Under the pieces are notes generated by a model. The model worked only from the letters and a program-made list of their open reading frames with translations. It did no database searches and was not told where the DNA came from. A stretch of DNA of 64,000 nucleotides, the filler included, from Piptocephalis cylindrospora (taxonomy: Eukaryota): assembly GCA_003614145.1 (NCBI GenBank). It is 12 parts of 12 records of this genome, joined end to end, with 100 filler letters (N's around TTAATTAATTAA, not from the genome) between each part and the next. Parts side by side here need not be neighbours in the genome. Positions count along the whole stretch, not along the records: positions 1 to 5,358 come from KZ988397.1; positions 5,459 to 10,807 come from KZ988398.1; positions 10,908 to 16,246 come from KZ988399.1; 9 more parts are not named here. One strand, 5' to 3'. This document shows positions 1 through 12,685 of this stretch, one piece after another. Positions within the stretch are counted from its first letter, which is position 1. The number at the start of each line of letters is the position of its first letter. Position numbers and translations under genes: made by a program.

Positions 1-1
1 C

Positions 2-718
2 AATCTCGTTTCGGAAATCAACCGGTCCTATCCTCCCCATCCCTACTCCTCCCAGAGACCCTCTCAGCACTCTTATGATCTTCTACTTGGTGCTGCCCAG
101 TATGTTGATCATCATTCTCCCCCTACCTACCCCCCAACCCCAGGCCCCTACAGGTCCTCCCCCTTCCCCGCCCCCCAAGCCCCCTCCTATCAGACCCCTT
201 ATCCTGTCTCTCCCAATGGCGCCCCTCCACCCACCGCCACTTACCCTGCCCCCCCTCATGGACCAGCCCCATCGTACCATCACGCACCTGTCCCGCACAA
301 TAAATCCCTCACCGTCCCCTCCCCCTCCTCCATCCCTCCTCCCCCCTCCCACCCCATGGAGAAGGGCCATCAGGGTCGGGTAGGGAGCGGGAAGCGTAGG
401 AGCTCAGCCCCAGGCCTTCCCCCTACCTCCTCCATCATCCTACCCCTTACCACTTCCAGTCGTTCTGGGGAATCCACAGAGGAGGAATCCCCCATCCCCG
501 CCCTTCCCCTTCCCACGAGACCCTCCACCGTCCCTCCCATCCCCATCCCCACCCCGGTCGGAAAGAGGAAGCGATCGAGGGATATCCTGGATGAGGATAC
601 CCATCTCCCCTCCTCCAAGACACCATTTACCCCTCATGCCAAGCGGCATGAAATAGCGTCCCTTGGGCATGGGAAGGAGGAGGAAGATGATGCGATGGAT
701 ATTGATGTGGAGATGTAG
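2..718 (+). CDS. C-terminal part of a Pro/Ser-rich hypothetical (probably nuclear) protein, 5'-truncated
   Basis: Frame is open from base 2 to TAG at 716-718 (NLVSEINRSYPP...DLLLGAAQYVDHH...GKRKRSR...EEEDDAMDIDVEM*). Low complexity with a basic NLS-like cluster. Confidence 0.5.
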   Translation, partial: NLVSEINRSYPPHPYSSQRPSQHSYDLLLGAAQYVDHHSPPTYPPTPGPYRSSPFPAPQAPSYQTPYPVSPNGAPPPTATYPAPPHGPAPSYHHAPVPHNKSLTVPSPSSIPPPPSHPMEKGHQGRVGSGKRRSSAPGLPPTSSIILPLTTSSRSGESTEEESPIPALPLPTRPSTVPPIPIPTPVGKRKRSRDILDEDTHLPSSKTPFTPHAKRHEIASLGHGKEEEDDAMDIDVEM

Positions 719-979
719 ATGGATCTAGCTCCCGACTTGCTTTTGCTTTATATTTCTTTGATTGCTTTGGTGTGGATGGGTCAACTCGTCTGTGCATCAT
801 GTTCATAAGACATCCTTTTCTACCCCAGCATGCCATAACCAATCAGTAGTCGTCAAGAATCTTTCGTGGATATGAACCTACCACGTCTTTCTGATTCACT
901 CTCTGTGTGCATATCTCTCTTTCCCTCCCCATCCTCAAAATAGATCATCACTCCCTCCCACACATGTCCTCCATCCCCC

Positions 980-2935
980 TCAATCAAGCGACACTTCGGA
1001 CGACTCTTCTTCGGAACGCTTGACAGCAGCCAATTCCTGACGGGCCGCATCCCTCTCCCTTTGAAGGGTACGGGAAAGGCCCTCAAGAAGCGTCCTTCGC
1101 TTCTCAGCATCCTTGAGCTGTTGATCCCTCTCCCCAATCACCAGATCCTTCTTGTGCAACATGTCCGCCATTTCCGCAATCCTCCCACGGCTGGCTTCGG
1201 ACTTTGCCTTGACCGCCTGATTGTCCTTTTCTAACTTCTTCGTCTTTTGAGACATCTATGGGTCAAGAGAGGAGAGGGTGAGAGGGTAAGGGTAGGTGGG
1301 GGAGTGATCAGTAGGATGACGCTAAATCCATCCCCTCGTCCAATGCTCACCTGTTCCATTTCCCGACGAAAGTTGGCAAATAGTTCATTGCTACGGTTCA
1401 ACGTCTCCTCCACCTGCTTGAACTTTTCCACATACAGGGTCAGTTGACTCCGCAGTTCCGCTTCCGTTTGTTGCAGTGACGTGATCTTGGACCGCAGCAT
1501 GCTCGACTACAATGTGATGGTCATCAGAGCGGGATATGAGGGAAGGAAATGGCTAGCCTATCCCGGAACTTGTCAAACACTTACCGTAGCCGCATGAAGA
1601 TCTGCTCTTTCTCTCTCTCGATCCAAACGAGCATCCACCAAATCCAGCTCCACTTCCTTACTTCGGCATTGGGCTAGATAAAGTTTTTCACGGATTGCAT
1701 ATTGTTGTTGGAAGCCTTGAAGTTGTTCCAATATCCTTTAAAGGTAGGAAGAATTAGTCTAGCTGATCAAGCCATCCCATCGTTTTCATCCCCAACAGAG
1801 GGCATACATGGTTTTTTCCGCCTCAATGGCCTTGAGTTTAGCCTGAAGAGCAGTCACCTCAGTGGAGGAGGGGGAGGAAGAAGAGACCTTTTCCTCTGCC
1901 TGACGAATCATCTCCCTCTTTTCCTTTTCATGCTTCTTGAGTCGTTCATTGATCTGTGCCAGAGTTTCCTCAAATCTCCCAGCCAGATCCAACTCATTTT
2001 CCCGTTCATTCACCTGAAGTTCCCCTAATTGAGTCTACCCAACGATGGAATAGGGTGAGCAAGAAATCAGGGCAGGAAGGGGGGAAGGGAGAAAGGGGAT
2101 GATGACAGCCGAGATGCAAGGGGACATCACAATGAAACCTACAGCAAGTTTTTTGTTCTCCTTTTGCAAGGCCCTGCATAGACCAGTGATCTTTTGAACC
2201 TCTTTGGTAGATCGAATAGCCTCCACACGAGCTACACAGAGAGGGTCCAGGAGTGAGTAAGAATTTAAAGAGAATCAAGAAGGCCTTTGAGCCTAAAGGA
2301 CACGTACCAGCCTCTCGTTCCTTTCTGGCCTGCTCAGTCACCTTCCTCTCCTTTCCAACCTCACGTTCAGCGTGCTTCCACGCGGTCCAGGCCTCAATGT
2401 ACTTTTGATGCAGCTCCTCGGCCCGTTCAGCCGTCTTGAACGGGGAGGTTGAGGCAAGAAAATCGGGATCGAGTCCTTGGCCATCTCCATCCCCCTCGGC
2501 CAGACCACCCAGGGAGCGTAGATAATCCAGTTCCTGCTGATCGTTAAGGAAGACTCGGGATCCCGTCTGGGGCATGGGCCCGGGCGGAGATTGGAGGATC
2601 CCACTGAAATCACCACTTCCCATTAAGGGAACCTGAGAGGTGGAGGCCTCGTCGGTGGGGGTGGATTTGTCATTCCCGGGCTTTTTATTTCTTTTCCCCA
2701 CGGCAGCGGTCATGACTGGAACATGACCATTCGCCTCCCCACCTTTTCCGTGCCCATGGGTCATACGGGGTGGCGTCATCGCCTCTGAAGGAGGGGGGGA
2801 AGCCATAATACGACGCACTATGTTCTGAGGCGGCAGTTGAGGATAGGATAGGGTGGCAGCGGCCTTGGCGGCCTTAGCAGCCGCGATCGACGCCAAGGAC
2901 GACTTGGGCATGGGTCGAATAGGGTGCTCCGGCAT
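980..2935 (-). CDS. Taxilin-family coiled-coil protein (multi-exon)
   Basis: Exons encode ELRSQLTLYVEKFKQVEETLNRSNELFANFRREMEQ|MSQKTKKLEKDN and KITGLCRALQKENKKL, typical taxilin motifs. Several short GT-AG introns. Start codon (2935 or 2806) is uncertain. Confidence 0.8.
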
Positions 2936-4184
2936 GCTGGAGTAGGGTAGACTTGGGTGGGGAGTGCACGGAGAGGGCAAGCGAAAAAAAAGAGGGAAAG
3001 AAGAGGAACAAGAGGGAGCAGGGAGAGTTCCGAGATGTTTGGAGGAGGGGGATGAAAAGCGGAGGAGCGCCGGTATAGCAGCAGATGGAATCTGAGCAAG
3101 GACAAGATGGGGGATGGAGAATCTGGGGAGAGGTATAGCCAAAGGCACAGTTAATTGAGCAGTAGGGCCAAAAAAGGCGGAAGAAGGAAGGAAAGCTGGA
3201 AAGAGACGGCGATGGGTTGAACCCTAGCCCTTCGACGAGGCCCTGTCTCTGCCTGTGTGTGTGTGTGTGTGTGTGTTGTGTCGTTCTCATTGTACGTGTG
3301 TGCGAGGCCAGCAGGGCTTTGAAGAGCGTAGGCGTGGTTGGCTAACCAGTGTGCATGGTCGAGTGTGGGTTTCGCTGTAGGGGGCAGGAAAAAGGGGAAG
3401 ATGATGCGGAAAATGTGTGTGTGTATGTGTGCTGTCCCCAAGGACATTTCATATTTTTCCCACCTTTCATCCTCACCAATATACAGCGCATGCCACCAGA
3501 GCTTTGGTGCATCCTCTAAACACAACACCTCTCTGTTCTTTTTTTACTGTTGGAGAGAGGGTTTAAGGGCCGGTTCAGTTCAAATCTTGCTCCTGAGAAT
3601 GAGAAGCAATAACAGTATCCGAAAGGGCAAATTCTTTTTCGATGTTTCAAAATTCGGAAGCATGCTATTTTATTTCTCTTTAACTGACTAATTAGCTAGA
3701 TAATTCTGTAATAACAAAGTAAACACATGGAAAGGATAGGAAAATGAGAAAATGGTTCAGCTGGCTGAAGAATGAATCCATCCTACTTACGTAAGTCAAT
3801 CAGTTACTCATTATTTGAATAATATATATTTTTAAAAGATAGGATCGAGATAAGATTATTAATTTAAGGAGAATGACGACACAACTTTGGCCGATCGTAA
3901 TGATATCAAGACGTCATAGCCACGATTCATGATATTCACATGAACAACACGTCTGTTAAAACCTCTCAATTCTAGCAACATCCCTATTATTTGGACAAGG
4001 AGGAACAGATGCAAGGCCATCTTACAGGAACGGGCAGCTTCATGTATTCCCTGCCATTACTATTATTACCATTGGTGTCTCAATCCCTAGTAGTGCAGGT
4101 GGTGGTGTACCTAGAGCCCTCTCTCTCTCTCTCTCTCTCTCTCTCCAATTCTGGCTGTCCCCCCCTCCCCCTCCCCCTCCTAGG

Positions 4185-4891
4185 CTATACCCGATCCTTT
4201 TGGGGCTTTTCAAAGGCTTCGCGCATATTGTAGTGCTGGGCGCGCATTTTAGCAAATCGTTCATGCCTTTCCTGTTCTGCTCGGGTCGGACGGGATAGAG
4301 TTAGTATACGCGCTCTTGGAGAAGTTTCAAGTAGACATATCCTTACCAGCTTCTTCGATCCTGTTACGCTCCTCTGGAGAAAGATCATTCTCATCCTCAT
4401 CCTCCTCATCTGTCTCCCAATCGTCCTGAAGGGTCGTATCCTCATGATCCTTGGCAGCATCCCCAAGGTCGACGCTGGCTGAGAGGGTGATTGGAGCAAG
4501 ATCTACAGGAAAGTAGGTAGGATCATCATAAAGATAAGAGAGGGGGGTGAGCACATGTTCTTGATCATCCATATATCCTTGTTCAAAGCTTACCATCCTC
4601 CATGGCCGCCTCATCCTCCTGGGCCCGACGAGTGTGATCTTCGTAGGTCACAAAAGGCGTCTTTGGCTCGTCAATCTTCATCCTGGTTCCCCGGAGGCTC
4701 TCCGTATCCTGCAGACTCTCCTCATCCCACACCACGTGAGAGGGGTGATGACTGGGATCGGTGCTCGTCTGATCAGTCACAGGGCTCATTGAGGGCTGCG
4801 TGTTGCTGGTTACTTGAGGGCTGGGCAAAGGATGCTGCTTATTCTTCAGGATGCCTCGAAGTGGTTGCCGATGGGCTTGGGTACCGTTCAT
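4185..4891 (-). CDS. GLC8: Protein phosphatase 1 inhibitor-2 (IPP-2/Glc8 family), 3 exons
   Basis: Hallmark motifs RGILKN, VVWDE, MKIDEPKTPF, an acidic tract and ERFAKMRAQHYNM, split by GTAAG-donor introns. Confidence 0.85.
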
Positions 4892-5358
4892 GATGGGGAA
4901 GAAAGAGGGAGGGTAATGGGTATGAGAGGGTCAAGAGAGGTGACCTGAGATGGGAAGGCAAAAGAGAAGACAGATGGTGGGATGGAGGAGATGAAAAGAT
5001 GGTGAGGTGCAGGTCCCATGAATTTGGGCAATGCGCTATCCTCACCTGGATGAGGAGGTGGCTTTTTAAACCCTACCGCCGCCCATCCTCACTTCGGTCC
5101 TCTCCGTTAGTCGTTTACAAGCCCTCCCTCCTCAACCTGTACTGGCTGGCTGGGTCTCGCTATGATGGGCCTATTACTGGGAAGCAAGACATCTGCCCGA
5201 CCAATTCTCTGTTCGTGTGTGCGGAAGGAGAGCTTCTGCCTGCTTCTCTCTCCCTAGTCAAACTCATGTTCCTCATCTGTCCCTCGCTGCACAGTGCTCG
5301 GTGTGCACTGATAGTGCCTACTTGGGTCACACACACAAAAAGAGCTTCTAGACGGGGG

Positions 5359-5458
5359 NNNNNNNNNNNNNNNNNNNNNNNNNNNNNNNNNNNNNNNNNN
5401 NNTTAATTAATTAANNNNNNNNNNNNNNNNNNNNNNNNNNNNNNNNNNNNNNNNNNNN
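5359..5458. other. Artificial contig linker (N44-TTAATTAATTAA-N44); identical linkers at 10808, 16247, 21673, 27089, 32499, 37908, 43314, 48711, 54094 and 59471
   Basis: Identical 100-bp spacer with stops in all six frames. The intervening contigs shrink monotonically (5349, 5339, 5326, 5316, 5310, 5309, 5306, 5297, 5283, 5277 bp). Confidence 0.98.
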
Positions 5459-5641
5459 CCTCCTGCACTCCCCCACCCCCCCCCCCCCCCATAGAGAAGG
5501 TGCCTAAGGATTGATAAAACGGGCTATAGGACCCAATTTTCCTCATATCCACCCCGTATCCCCCTCTCTTTTCCTCCGTCAATTCACATTACCCCTCATA
5601 CCCATCCATCTCCCTCTCCCCTTCCAAGTCTATCCTCTTCC

Positions 5642-7309
5642 ATGTCCTCATTAAGGGCTCCCTCCTTCCACTCTACCCTATCCCAGGATGGGACTACCGC
5701 ACATGGAAAGGGCGTAGCGGCTAGGCGACAGGCCCTGGAGGAGATTGATAATGCCAAGTTTGGCTGGTACCATATTCGAGCCTGTCTTATTTCGGGTATT
5801 GGATTTTTTACCGACGCCTACGACATCTTCATCATTGGCCTTGTCACCCAAATGCTCGGGTACATGTACTGGGGGGACGAAGTGAACAAGAATGTTGTTC
5901 CTGCCCATATCGATCTGGGCCTCAAGGTCTCCGCCTCTTGTGGAACCTTGGTGGGTCAGCTGGTCTTTGGCTGGCTTGGTGATCGCTTTGGTCGGAAGCG
6001 CGTCTACGGTACCGAGATTATCATCATTGTCCTCGCCACCTTTACCTCGGCCTTTGCTGCCAACACGGAACGCGGTATCCCCCTCTGGGGTATGCTAGTC
6101 ATGTGGCGTGTCATCCTGGGCTTTGGCATCGGCGGGGACTATCCCCTATCCGCCACCATCACGTCCGAGTTTGCCTCCACCCGTCATCGGGGTGCTATGA
6201 TGTCTGCCGTCTTTGCCATGCAGGGGTTCGGTATCCTGGCCGGAGCCCTCACCGCCACGGTCGTCCTGGCATGCTTCCAGACCTCCATCGACAATGATAT
6301 CATGATGCTCGACTATGTTTGGCGCATCTGTATCGGCTTGGGCGCCGTTCCTGGGTTTGTCGCCATCTACTTCCGTCTCACCATCCCCGAGACCCCAAGA
6401 TATACCATGGATGTCAAGGGGGACTCCAAGGCTGCCAACAAGGACCTGGCTCAGCGCATGCGTGCCGATGGCATCGCTGTCGTCCCCCTGGACGGGTCTA
6501 ACAGCATCAATGAGCCTATCGAGACAGAGGAGGATGAGGGTATCGCTCCAGCCAAGGCCTCGTGGTCCGACTTTTTCCGCCACTTTGGTCAGTGGCGTTA
6601 TGGCAAGGTCCTGATCGGAACCGCCGTGTCCTGGTTTGCCCTCGATGTCGCCTTTTACGGTATCAATCTCAACAACTCAATCATCCTCACCGCCATCGGC
6701 TACGCTGACTCGGGTACCCCATACCATGAGCTTTTCAGGGCCGCTACTGGGAACATCATCATTGTCCTTTTAGGTGCTGTCCCCGGCTATTGGGTCTCCG
6801 TCTTCACCATCGATCGTATTGGCCGTAAGACCATTCAGCTCATGGGCTTTGGCATTCTCACCGTCCTTTTCATCGTCCTCGGAGCTGCCTACCATAAGAT
6901 CCTTGATACCTCCACCGTTCTTTTCATCGTCCTCTTCACCCTGGCTCAGTTCTTCCAAAACTTCGGCCCCAATGTCACCACCTTTGTCATTCCCGGCGAG
7001 GTATTCCCCACTCGGTACCGTTCCACCGCCCATGGTATCTCTGCTGCCTCCGGAAAGCTCGGGGCCATCGTTGCCCAGGTCGGCTTCTCCAACCTCAAGG
7101 ACATTGGCGGGAAGAATGCTTTCATGGATAAGCTCCTCATTATCTTTGCTGTCTTTATGTTCCTCGGATTCTGTGTCACCTGGCTCATCCCCGAGACCAA
7201 GGGCAAGTCCCTAGAGGAACTCGGTAGCGTAGGCGATGAGCCTAGGGGTGAGGAGGAGAACGTGAGCATGGATTCGTTGAGCAAGAGGACTGGTCCTTCT
7301 CTTGTCTAG
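5642..7309 (+). CDS. PHO84: High-affinity phosphate:H+ symporter (MFS, Pho84 family), copy 1
   Basis: 555-aa intronless ORF with GIGFFTDAYDIF, GIGGDYPLSA, PETPRYT, LDVAFYG, FFQNFGPN and RSTAHGISAASGKLG. Confidence 0.95.
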   Translation: MSSLRAPSFHSTLSQDGTTAHGKGVAARRQALEEIDNAKFGWYHIRACLISGIGFFTDAYDIFIIGLVTQMLGYMYWGDEVNKNVVPAHIDLGLKVSASCGTLVGQLVFGWLGDRFGRKRVYGTEIIIIVLATFTSAFAANTERGIPLWGMLVMWRVILGFGIGGDYPLSATITSEFASTRHRGAMMSAVFAMQGFGILAGALTATVVLACFQTSIDNDIMMLDYVWRICIGLGAVPGFVAIYFRLTIPETPRYTMDVKGDSKAANKDLAQRMRADGIAVVPLDGSNSINEPIETEEDEGIAPAKASWSDFFRHFGQWRYGKVLIGTAVSWFALDVAFYGINLNNSIILTAIGYADSGTPYHELFRAATGNIIIVLLGAVPGYWVSVFTIDRIGRKTIQLMGFGILTVLFIVLGAAYHKILDTSTVLFIVLFTLAQFFQNFGPNVTTFVIPGEVFPTRYRSTAHGISAASGKLGAIVAQVGFSNLKDIGGKNAFMDKLLIIFAVFMFLGFCVTWLIPETKGKSLEELGSVGDEPRGEEENVSMDSLSKRTGPSLV

Positions 7310-9168
7310 GGCCCCCTTCCTCTTTACCTCGTTCTCCAATGCCCATGGTATGGGCATGGGGAGAGGACACTGGTTCTTGTCTTTCATGGATGCACGGCGG
7401 CTTTGTGGCTTTGTATGTGTGTGTTCATGATGGGGCGACGGGGGAGATGAGGAAACGATGGGAATAAATGGGAAAATGTACCTTGATGCCAGTAATTCTC
7501 GTCCTGCTTATATGCCTGTGCCCCTGGACCTTCCCATCCCATCCCCTTTGTCTCTCATGGTATACCTCGTGGGTCTATCTTGAGAAGAGGATAGTGGGGG
7601 ATCTCAAATGGCCCTGATTCCATGATAACCACCCATCGATACATAACGAAGCCTCATCTCCTCGTTCCTTGTAGGCACGTCGATCTTGGAACCTTACACT
7701 CAATGGCCTTTCTGTCTAGACTCCTTCCCAAGGGACGTGGCCATGTTTCCTCATCCCCATTCATCTTGAACACGAGGGCATTCATGCACACCGTTAATCT
7801 AGCACGTATACTCGTGTCTATCGAAAGAATAGCCGATCTGCCCCTATATCCCTAGGTCCCATTTCCTCTGAATTCTTCCTACCCTGGAATTCCCTGATTC
7901 CATAGAACTATTCGCTCTCACAATTCTACAGTCATTGCCACCACCTCCCGATCCACTCGTGTGATGCACGTGCGCTACACCACATATGTACACACCATGT
8001 TTGAGAATAGTGTGCGCGTCGTGTCCCTCCAATCTCACGGATCAGAGTTGCAGTATTCATACTGTGTACGGGGCCCTTTGTTGCCTCCCCTCTTTGGGAG
8101 CAGTATCCTTGGCAGAAACGGCCCGTCCTGCCTATGCACATCTTAACCATATTGTTCTATCTCTAAAGGGAGTGTGAATAGGACTTTCTCCCTGGAGGGG
8201 TCTCTCCTGCCTGCCCCCTCTCCCTTAAGCTCGTAGCACAAGCCTCTAGTTCTGCACAATGAATCCACAATTCCACACAATTCATCCATTCTTCTCTTTC
8301 CCCCATCCATCTCAATGATGGCGATTCGCCCTCACACCGCGTCCTCCCATTCTTTGAACCGCCATCGATACTCTTACTCTCATAGTACAGATGCAGCCAT
8401 CGACATACATAACCCCTTCCCGCTCCTGCCATCAGCCGTAAGAATTATATTCTTTCACACTCCACAGTAAATGTCGCAGCTGATGAAAGGGGAAAGGGCG
8501 TTTGCTTCAATATAAAATTATGGTAATCACTCGTCTAGACCTATGGCCTAGACTTGCCATACCAGTGNNNNNNNNNNACCTCTGGGGTGAGAAAAAAATG
8601 AATCCCACAAAAAACCAACGTTTTGGTTTTAGGATTGGCATGTGATGAGCAGATTCAGGGCACAAGTCTGTAAGGTCAGGGTGACGCGCGAGTCGGAGAT
8701 CCTGCCGCCCCACCGTCCCCCTTTTTCCCTTCATGGTCATTCTCATCCGAGCGCCTTTGTTGACGTGCCACATCCGATCACTCCCTAGAGGCAATCCTCC
8801 CACCGATTCGAGCTGTGCGATAGCCATGTCAGAAGTGAATATCAAAGTAAGCATTCACCTTACTGCTTTCACAACTTGAGAAAATGCCCGTCTAACAGGG
8901 TGGGAGGATTAGACTGGTTCTGTCCACGTTCCAACGTCCTTTGGTACTCGATTCTTTTTGCTTCATTCATGATCAACTCTAGGGAATATCAACTGCGCCA
9001 AGGCCCTCTCCTCATCCATCATGATTCAATATAAAAAAGGACTCTATCCTCTCTCCATCCCTCCCTATCAGCCCTTATCCACTTAACCTTGTCTAATCAG
9101 CCTCATCACCACCCGCCCCCTCGCCCTACCCTACCCTATTTACTCTATACTATACCTCCAACTCCCCT

Positions 9169-10807
9169 ATGGCCACCGAGGTACATCAGCACAAGCAGGG
9201 CCCCGTGGGCATGAGCGATCCCGAAAAATTCACCGAGATGGATCAACGTCGTCTGGCCCTGGCCGAGATTGACAATGCCAAATTTGGGTGGTTCCACATC
9301 CGAGCCTGTATCGTTTCGGGCATTGGCTTCTTCACCGACGCCTACGACATCTTCATCATTAGCATCGTCACTCAGATCCTCGGGTTCATCTACTTTGCCG
9401 ACGAGGCCAACGGCAATATCGTGCCTCCTAATATTGATCTGGGCCTCAAAGTATCCACCCCCGCCGGCACCCTCATTGGACAGCTCTTCTTCGGGTGGTT
9501 GGCCGATCGCATAGGCCGCAAGAAAATGTACGGCGTAGAGCTCATTATCATCGTTGTCTGTACCATCGCCTCTGCCTTTGCCGCCAACTCGGCCAAGGGA
9601 ATCACTGTCTGGGGCATGATCATCATGTGGCGCGTCATTCTAGGTGTTGGTATCGGTGGCGACTATCCTCTTTCCGCCATCATCACTTCTGAATTCGCCA
9701 CTACCCGTAATCGTGGCGCCATGATCTCGGCCGTCTTTGCCATGCAAGGTCTTGGTATCCTTACCGGTGCCTGCGTCTCCACTCTCGTCATCTTTATCTT
9801 CCAGGGCGCCATCAACTCTGACGTCCTCAACCTCGATTACGTCTGGAGGATCATCGTCGGTCTCGGCGCCATCCCCGGGGTAGCCGCTATCTACTACCGT
9901 CTCACCATCCCCGAGACACCCAGATACACTATGGATGTCGATCGCGATTTCAACCGTGCCACCCGAGATGTCGCCACCATCATGAAGGTCAACAAGTCCA
10001 AGGGAGATGAAGAAGTCACTGTCGGTCCCCTCACCGCCCCCACCCATGAAGTTAAGCGGATCCCCAAGGCCTCCTGGGCTGACTTTAAGCATTACTTTGG
10101 TCAGTGGAAGAACGGAAAGGTCCTCTTGGGCACATCCGTGACCTGGTTTGCCCTCGATGTTGCCTTCTACGGTATCAATCTCAACAACTCGATTATCCTC
10201 AAGGCAATCGGATTTGCTGACCCCGGAACCCCTTACCATGAACTGGTCCGTGCCGCTCTGGGCGGGATTATCATTGCCCTTCTCGGAACCGTCCCCGGTT
10301 ACTGGGTCTCCGTCTTCACCATCGATCGTATTGGCCGTAAGACCATCCAGCTCATTGGCTTTACCGCACTCACTGTCATCTTTGTCATCCTCGGCGCTGC
10401 CTACCATAAGATTTTGGAGGCCTCCACTGCCCTTTTCATCGTCCTCTTTACCCTCGGTCAATTCTTCCAGAATTTCGGCCCCAATGTCACCACCTTTGTC
10501 ATTCCCGGCGAACTCTTCCCCACTCGGTATCGTTCCACCGCCCATGGTATCTCTGCTGCCTCCGGAAAGCTCGGGGCCATTGTTGCCCAGGTCGGCTTCT
10601 CCAAGATGAAGGACATTGGCGGGAAGAATGCTTTCATGGACAAGCTCATTCTTATCTTTGCTGCTTTCATGCTTATCGGTCTCTTTTTTACCTTCCTCAT
10701 CCCCGAGACCAAAGGCAAGTCCCTGGAGGAACTTAACGGTGAACTCGATGGCATGCTTGAGGATGAGGAGAATGCCTCTCGCGAGGCTGCAGAGAGGCGT
10801 CGGTCCG
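9169..10807 (+). CDS. PHO84: High-affinity phosphate:H+ symporter (Pho84 family), tandem copy 2, 3'-truncated by contig end
   Basis: Same Pho84 motifs. TATAAAA at about 9030 upstream. Confidence 0.93.
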
Positions 10808-11065
10808 NNNNNNNNNNNNNNNNNNNNNNNNNNNNNNNNNNNNNNNNNNNNTTAATTAATTAANNNNNNNNNNNNNNNNNNNNNNNNNNNNNNNNNNNNN
10901 NNNNNNNATTGGGCTGCTTCTGCCCCAGAGGTTCGGAGAGTTACGCCTCCGTCCCACCTTTGTCTAGCACATCCTCCATCGTTCGCGCCTTTTGTTCTCC
11001 AAAGCGAGGCAACTCAAACATCATCAAGGCCCCTCCACATCCCTCCCCTCCCTACAACGCTCGTC

Positions 11066-12478
11066 ATGTTCGCACGTACCTTGCCTTTTCGTCGTGGTGG
11101 CTCCTGGGCGGGACCTGCTCGCCTTCTTCATCCTATTTCGCGGCCCTTTTCCGCCTCACCCAGACAACTTCAGGCTGGGGGCTTTCCCTCTAGGTCTCTG
11201 ACCATTGGTACGGTCACCCTGGTCTTGGCCATCCCCACCCTATATTACCTGGCGGATACGCGAGCTAGGGCCCACAAATACATTCTGATGCCACTTGTCC
11301 GTACGGTTATGGGCGCCGAACAGGCTCATCGCTTTGCCGTGGTCTCGGCTAAATGGGGTATATCCCCTAAAGACCGCGTCCAAGACGAGGCTTGCCTCCG
11401 GACCCAACTCTGGGGAAAGGAACTGAGCAATCCTGTGGGTCTGGCTGCCGGATTCGACAAAGATGCCGAATGCGTAGACGGGATGTTTGGGGCTGGATTT
11501 GGCCTTGTCGAGGTGGGAAGCATCACCCCCTTAGCTCAGGTAATATCAATCTTTGCTGCACCTGGTTATTTGGGAGATATCGGTCATACACGCTCATTCT
11601 CCTATTTCATATCCTAATAATAGCCTGGAAACCCCCAACCCAGAATGTTCCGTTTGCCAGAGGATCGTGCATGCATCAACCGATATGGCTTCAATTCTCG
11701 GGGACATGCGTACGCTGAACAGGTTTTGCAGCATCGTCGTGCAACCCGCTCCTCCCCCTCTTCTTCTTTGGAGGAAGTCCCTCGATCACTCAAACCGGGT
11801 CGGTTGCTTGGAGTGAACCTGGGGAAAAACAAGGTATCAGGGCCGGACGACCATTCGGACTACGTCAAGGGCGTCGAGAGGTTTGGACCTCTGGCCGATT
11901 ATCTGGTTATCAATGTCAGCTCCCCTAATACCCCTGGACTCCGGTCTTTGCAGGCCCGTGAATCCCTTGATAAACTAATCGGGGAGGTTATGCACGCCCG
12001 AAATGCTCTATCATCCCCTCAGCCTCCCCTTGTCCTAAAGATTGCCCCGGATCTGGATGAGGCCCAGATGAAGGATATTGCTTCGGTTGCCCTAGCTCAT
12101 CATGTTGATGGGATTATTGTCTCCAACACTACCATCACCCGTCCTGATTCCCTCAAGTCAAGGAATTATCTGGTCCGAGAGACCGGCGGCCTCTCTGGCC
12201 CCCCGGTAAAGCCCCTGTCTCTCGCCTGTCTTCGCCAGATGTACAAGATGACCCAAGGGAAGATTACACTGATTGGATGCGGTGGCATCCGTACAGGAGA
12301 GGATGCCCTTGAATTCGGTCGGGCGGGTGCTTCAGTCATCCAGCTCTATACCTCTATGGCCTATGATGGGCTTGGCGTGGTCCGTGAAGTCAAGGACGAC
12401 ATTGCCCGTGGCCTGAATGGCCGATCCTGGTCGGATATTGTCGGAGAGGACGTCCGCAAGTCCTTTCCCAAGGCCTAG
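11066..12478 (+). CDS. URA9: Mitochondrial dihydroorotate dehydrogenase (quinone), class 2; intron 11540-11623
   Basis: Presequence plus TM anchor, NPVGLAAGFDK, EVGSITP|QPGNP, INRYGFNS, NVSSPNTPGLR, KIAPDL, ETGGLSG, IGCGGI. Confidence 0.95.
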
Positions 12479-12685
12479 AGCCGGATGAACCCAAGTTTTC
12501 GAGTATGTGGAAAAGAATGAACGAGGAGGCATGGTGTGGGGAAACGCGAAGAAAAAGACTGATTCATTTCTTTTTACTATCATTTATGATTGTTATTTAC
12601 ATGACCTTTGCCCATTACTTTCTATCTAGAGGGTAAAGCTCTTGTTATATACTCTACAAACCATGTAAACAAGGGTATTCAAGTA

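Noticed and set aside
3571..3590. B-box/T-loop-like GTTCAAATC
   Set aside because: No cloverleaf or A-box could be built around it, so it is not a tRNA.
5403..5414. Regularly spaced TTAATTAATTAA motif every ~5.4 kb
   Set aside because: It is embedded in N runs and is an artificial six-frame-stop contig linker. ORFs ending in X...LIN are artefacts of it.
7967..8930. Pho4-like boxes CACGTG (7967) and CACGTT (8925) upstream of PHO84 copy 2
   Set aside because: Single hexamers are expected by chance in 1.8 kb, and Pho4-type regulation is not established for this lineage.
9640..10545. Long antisense ORFs opposite PHO84, RPS22, the sugar porter and ERV25 (e.g. 9640-10545, 37355-37813, 62832-63587)
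   Set aside because: These are shadow ORFs caused by codon bias of the sense genes.
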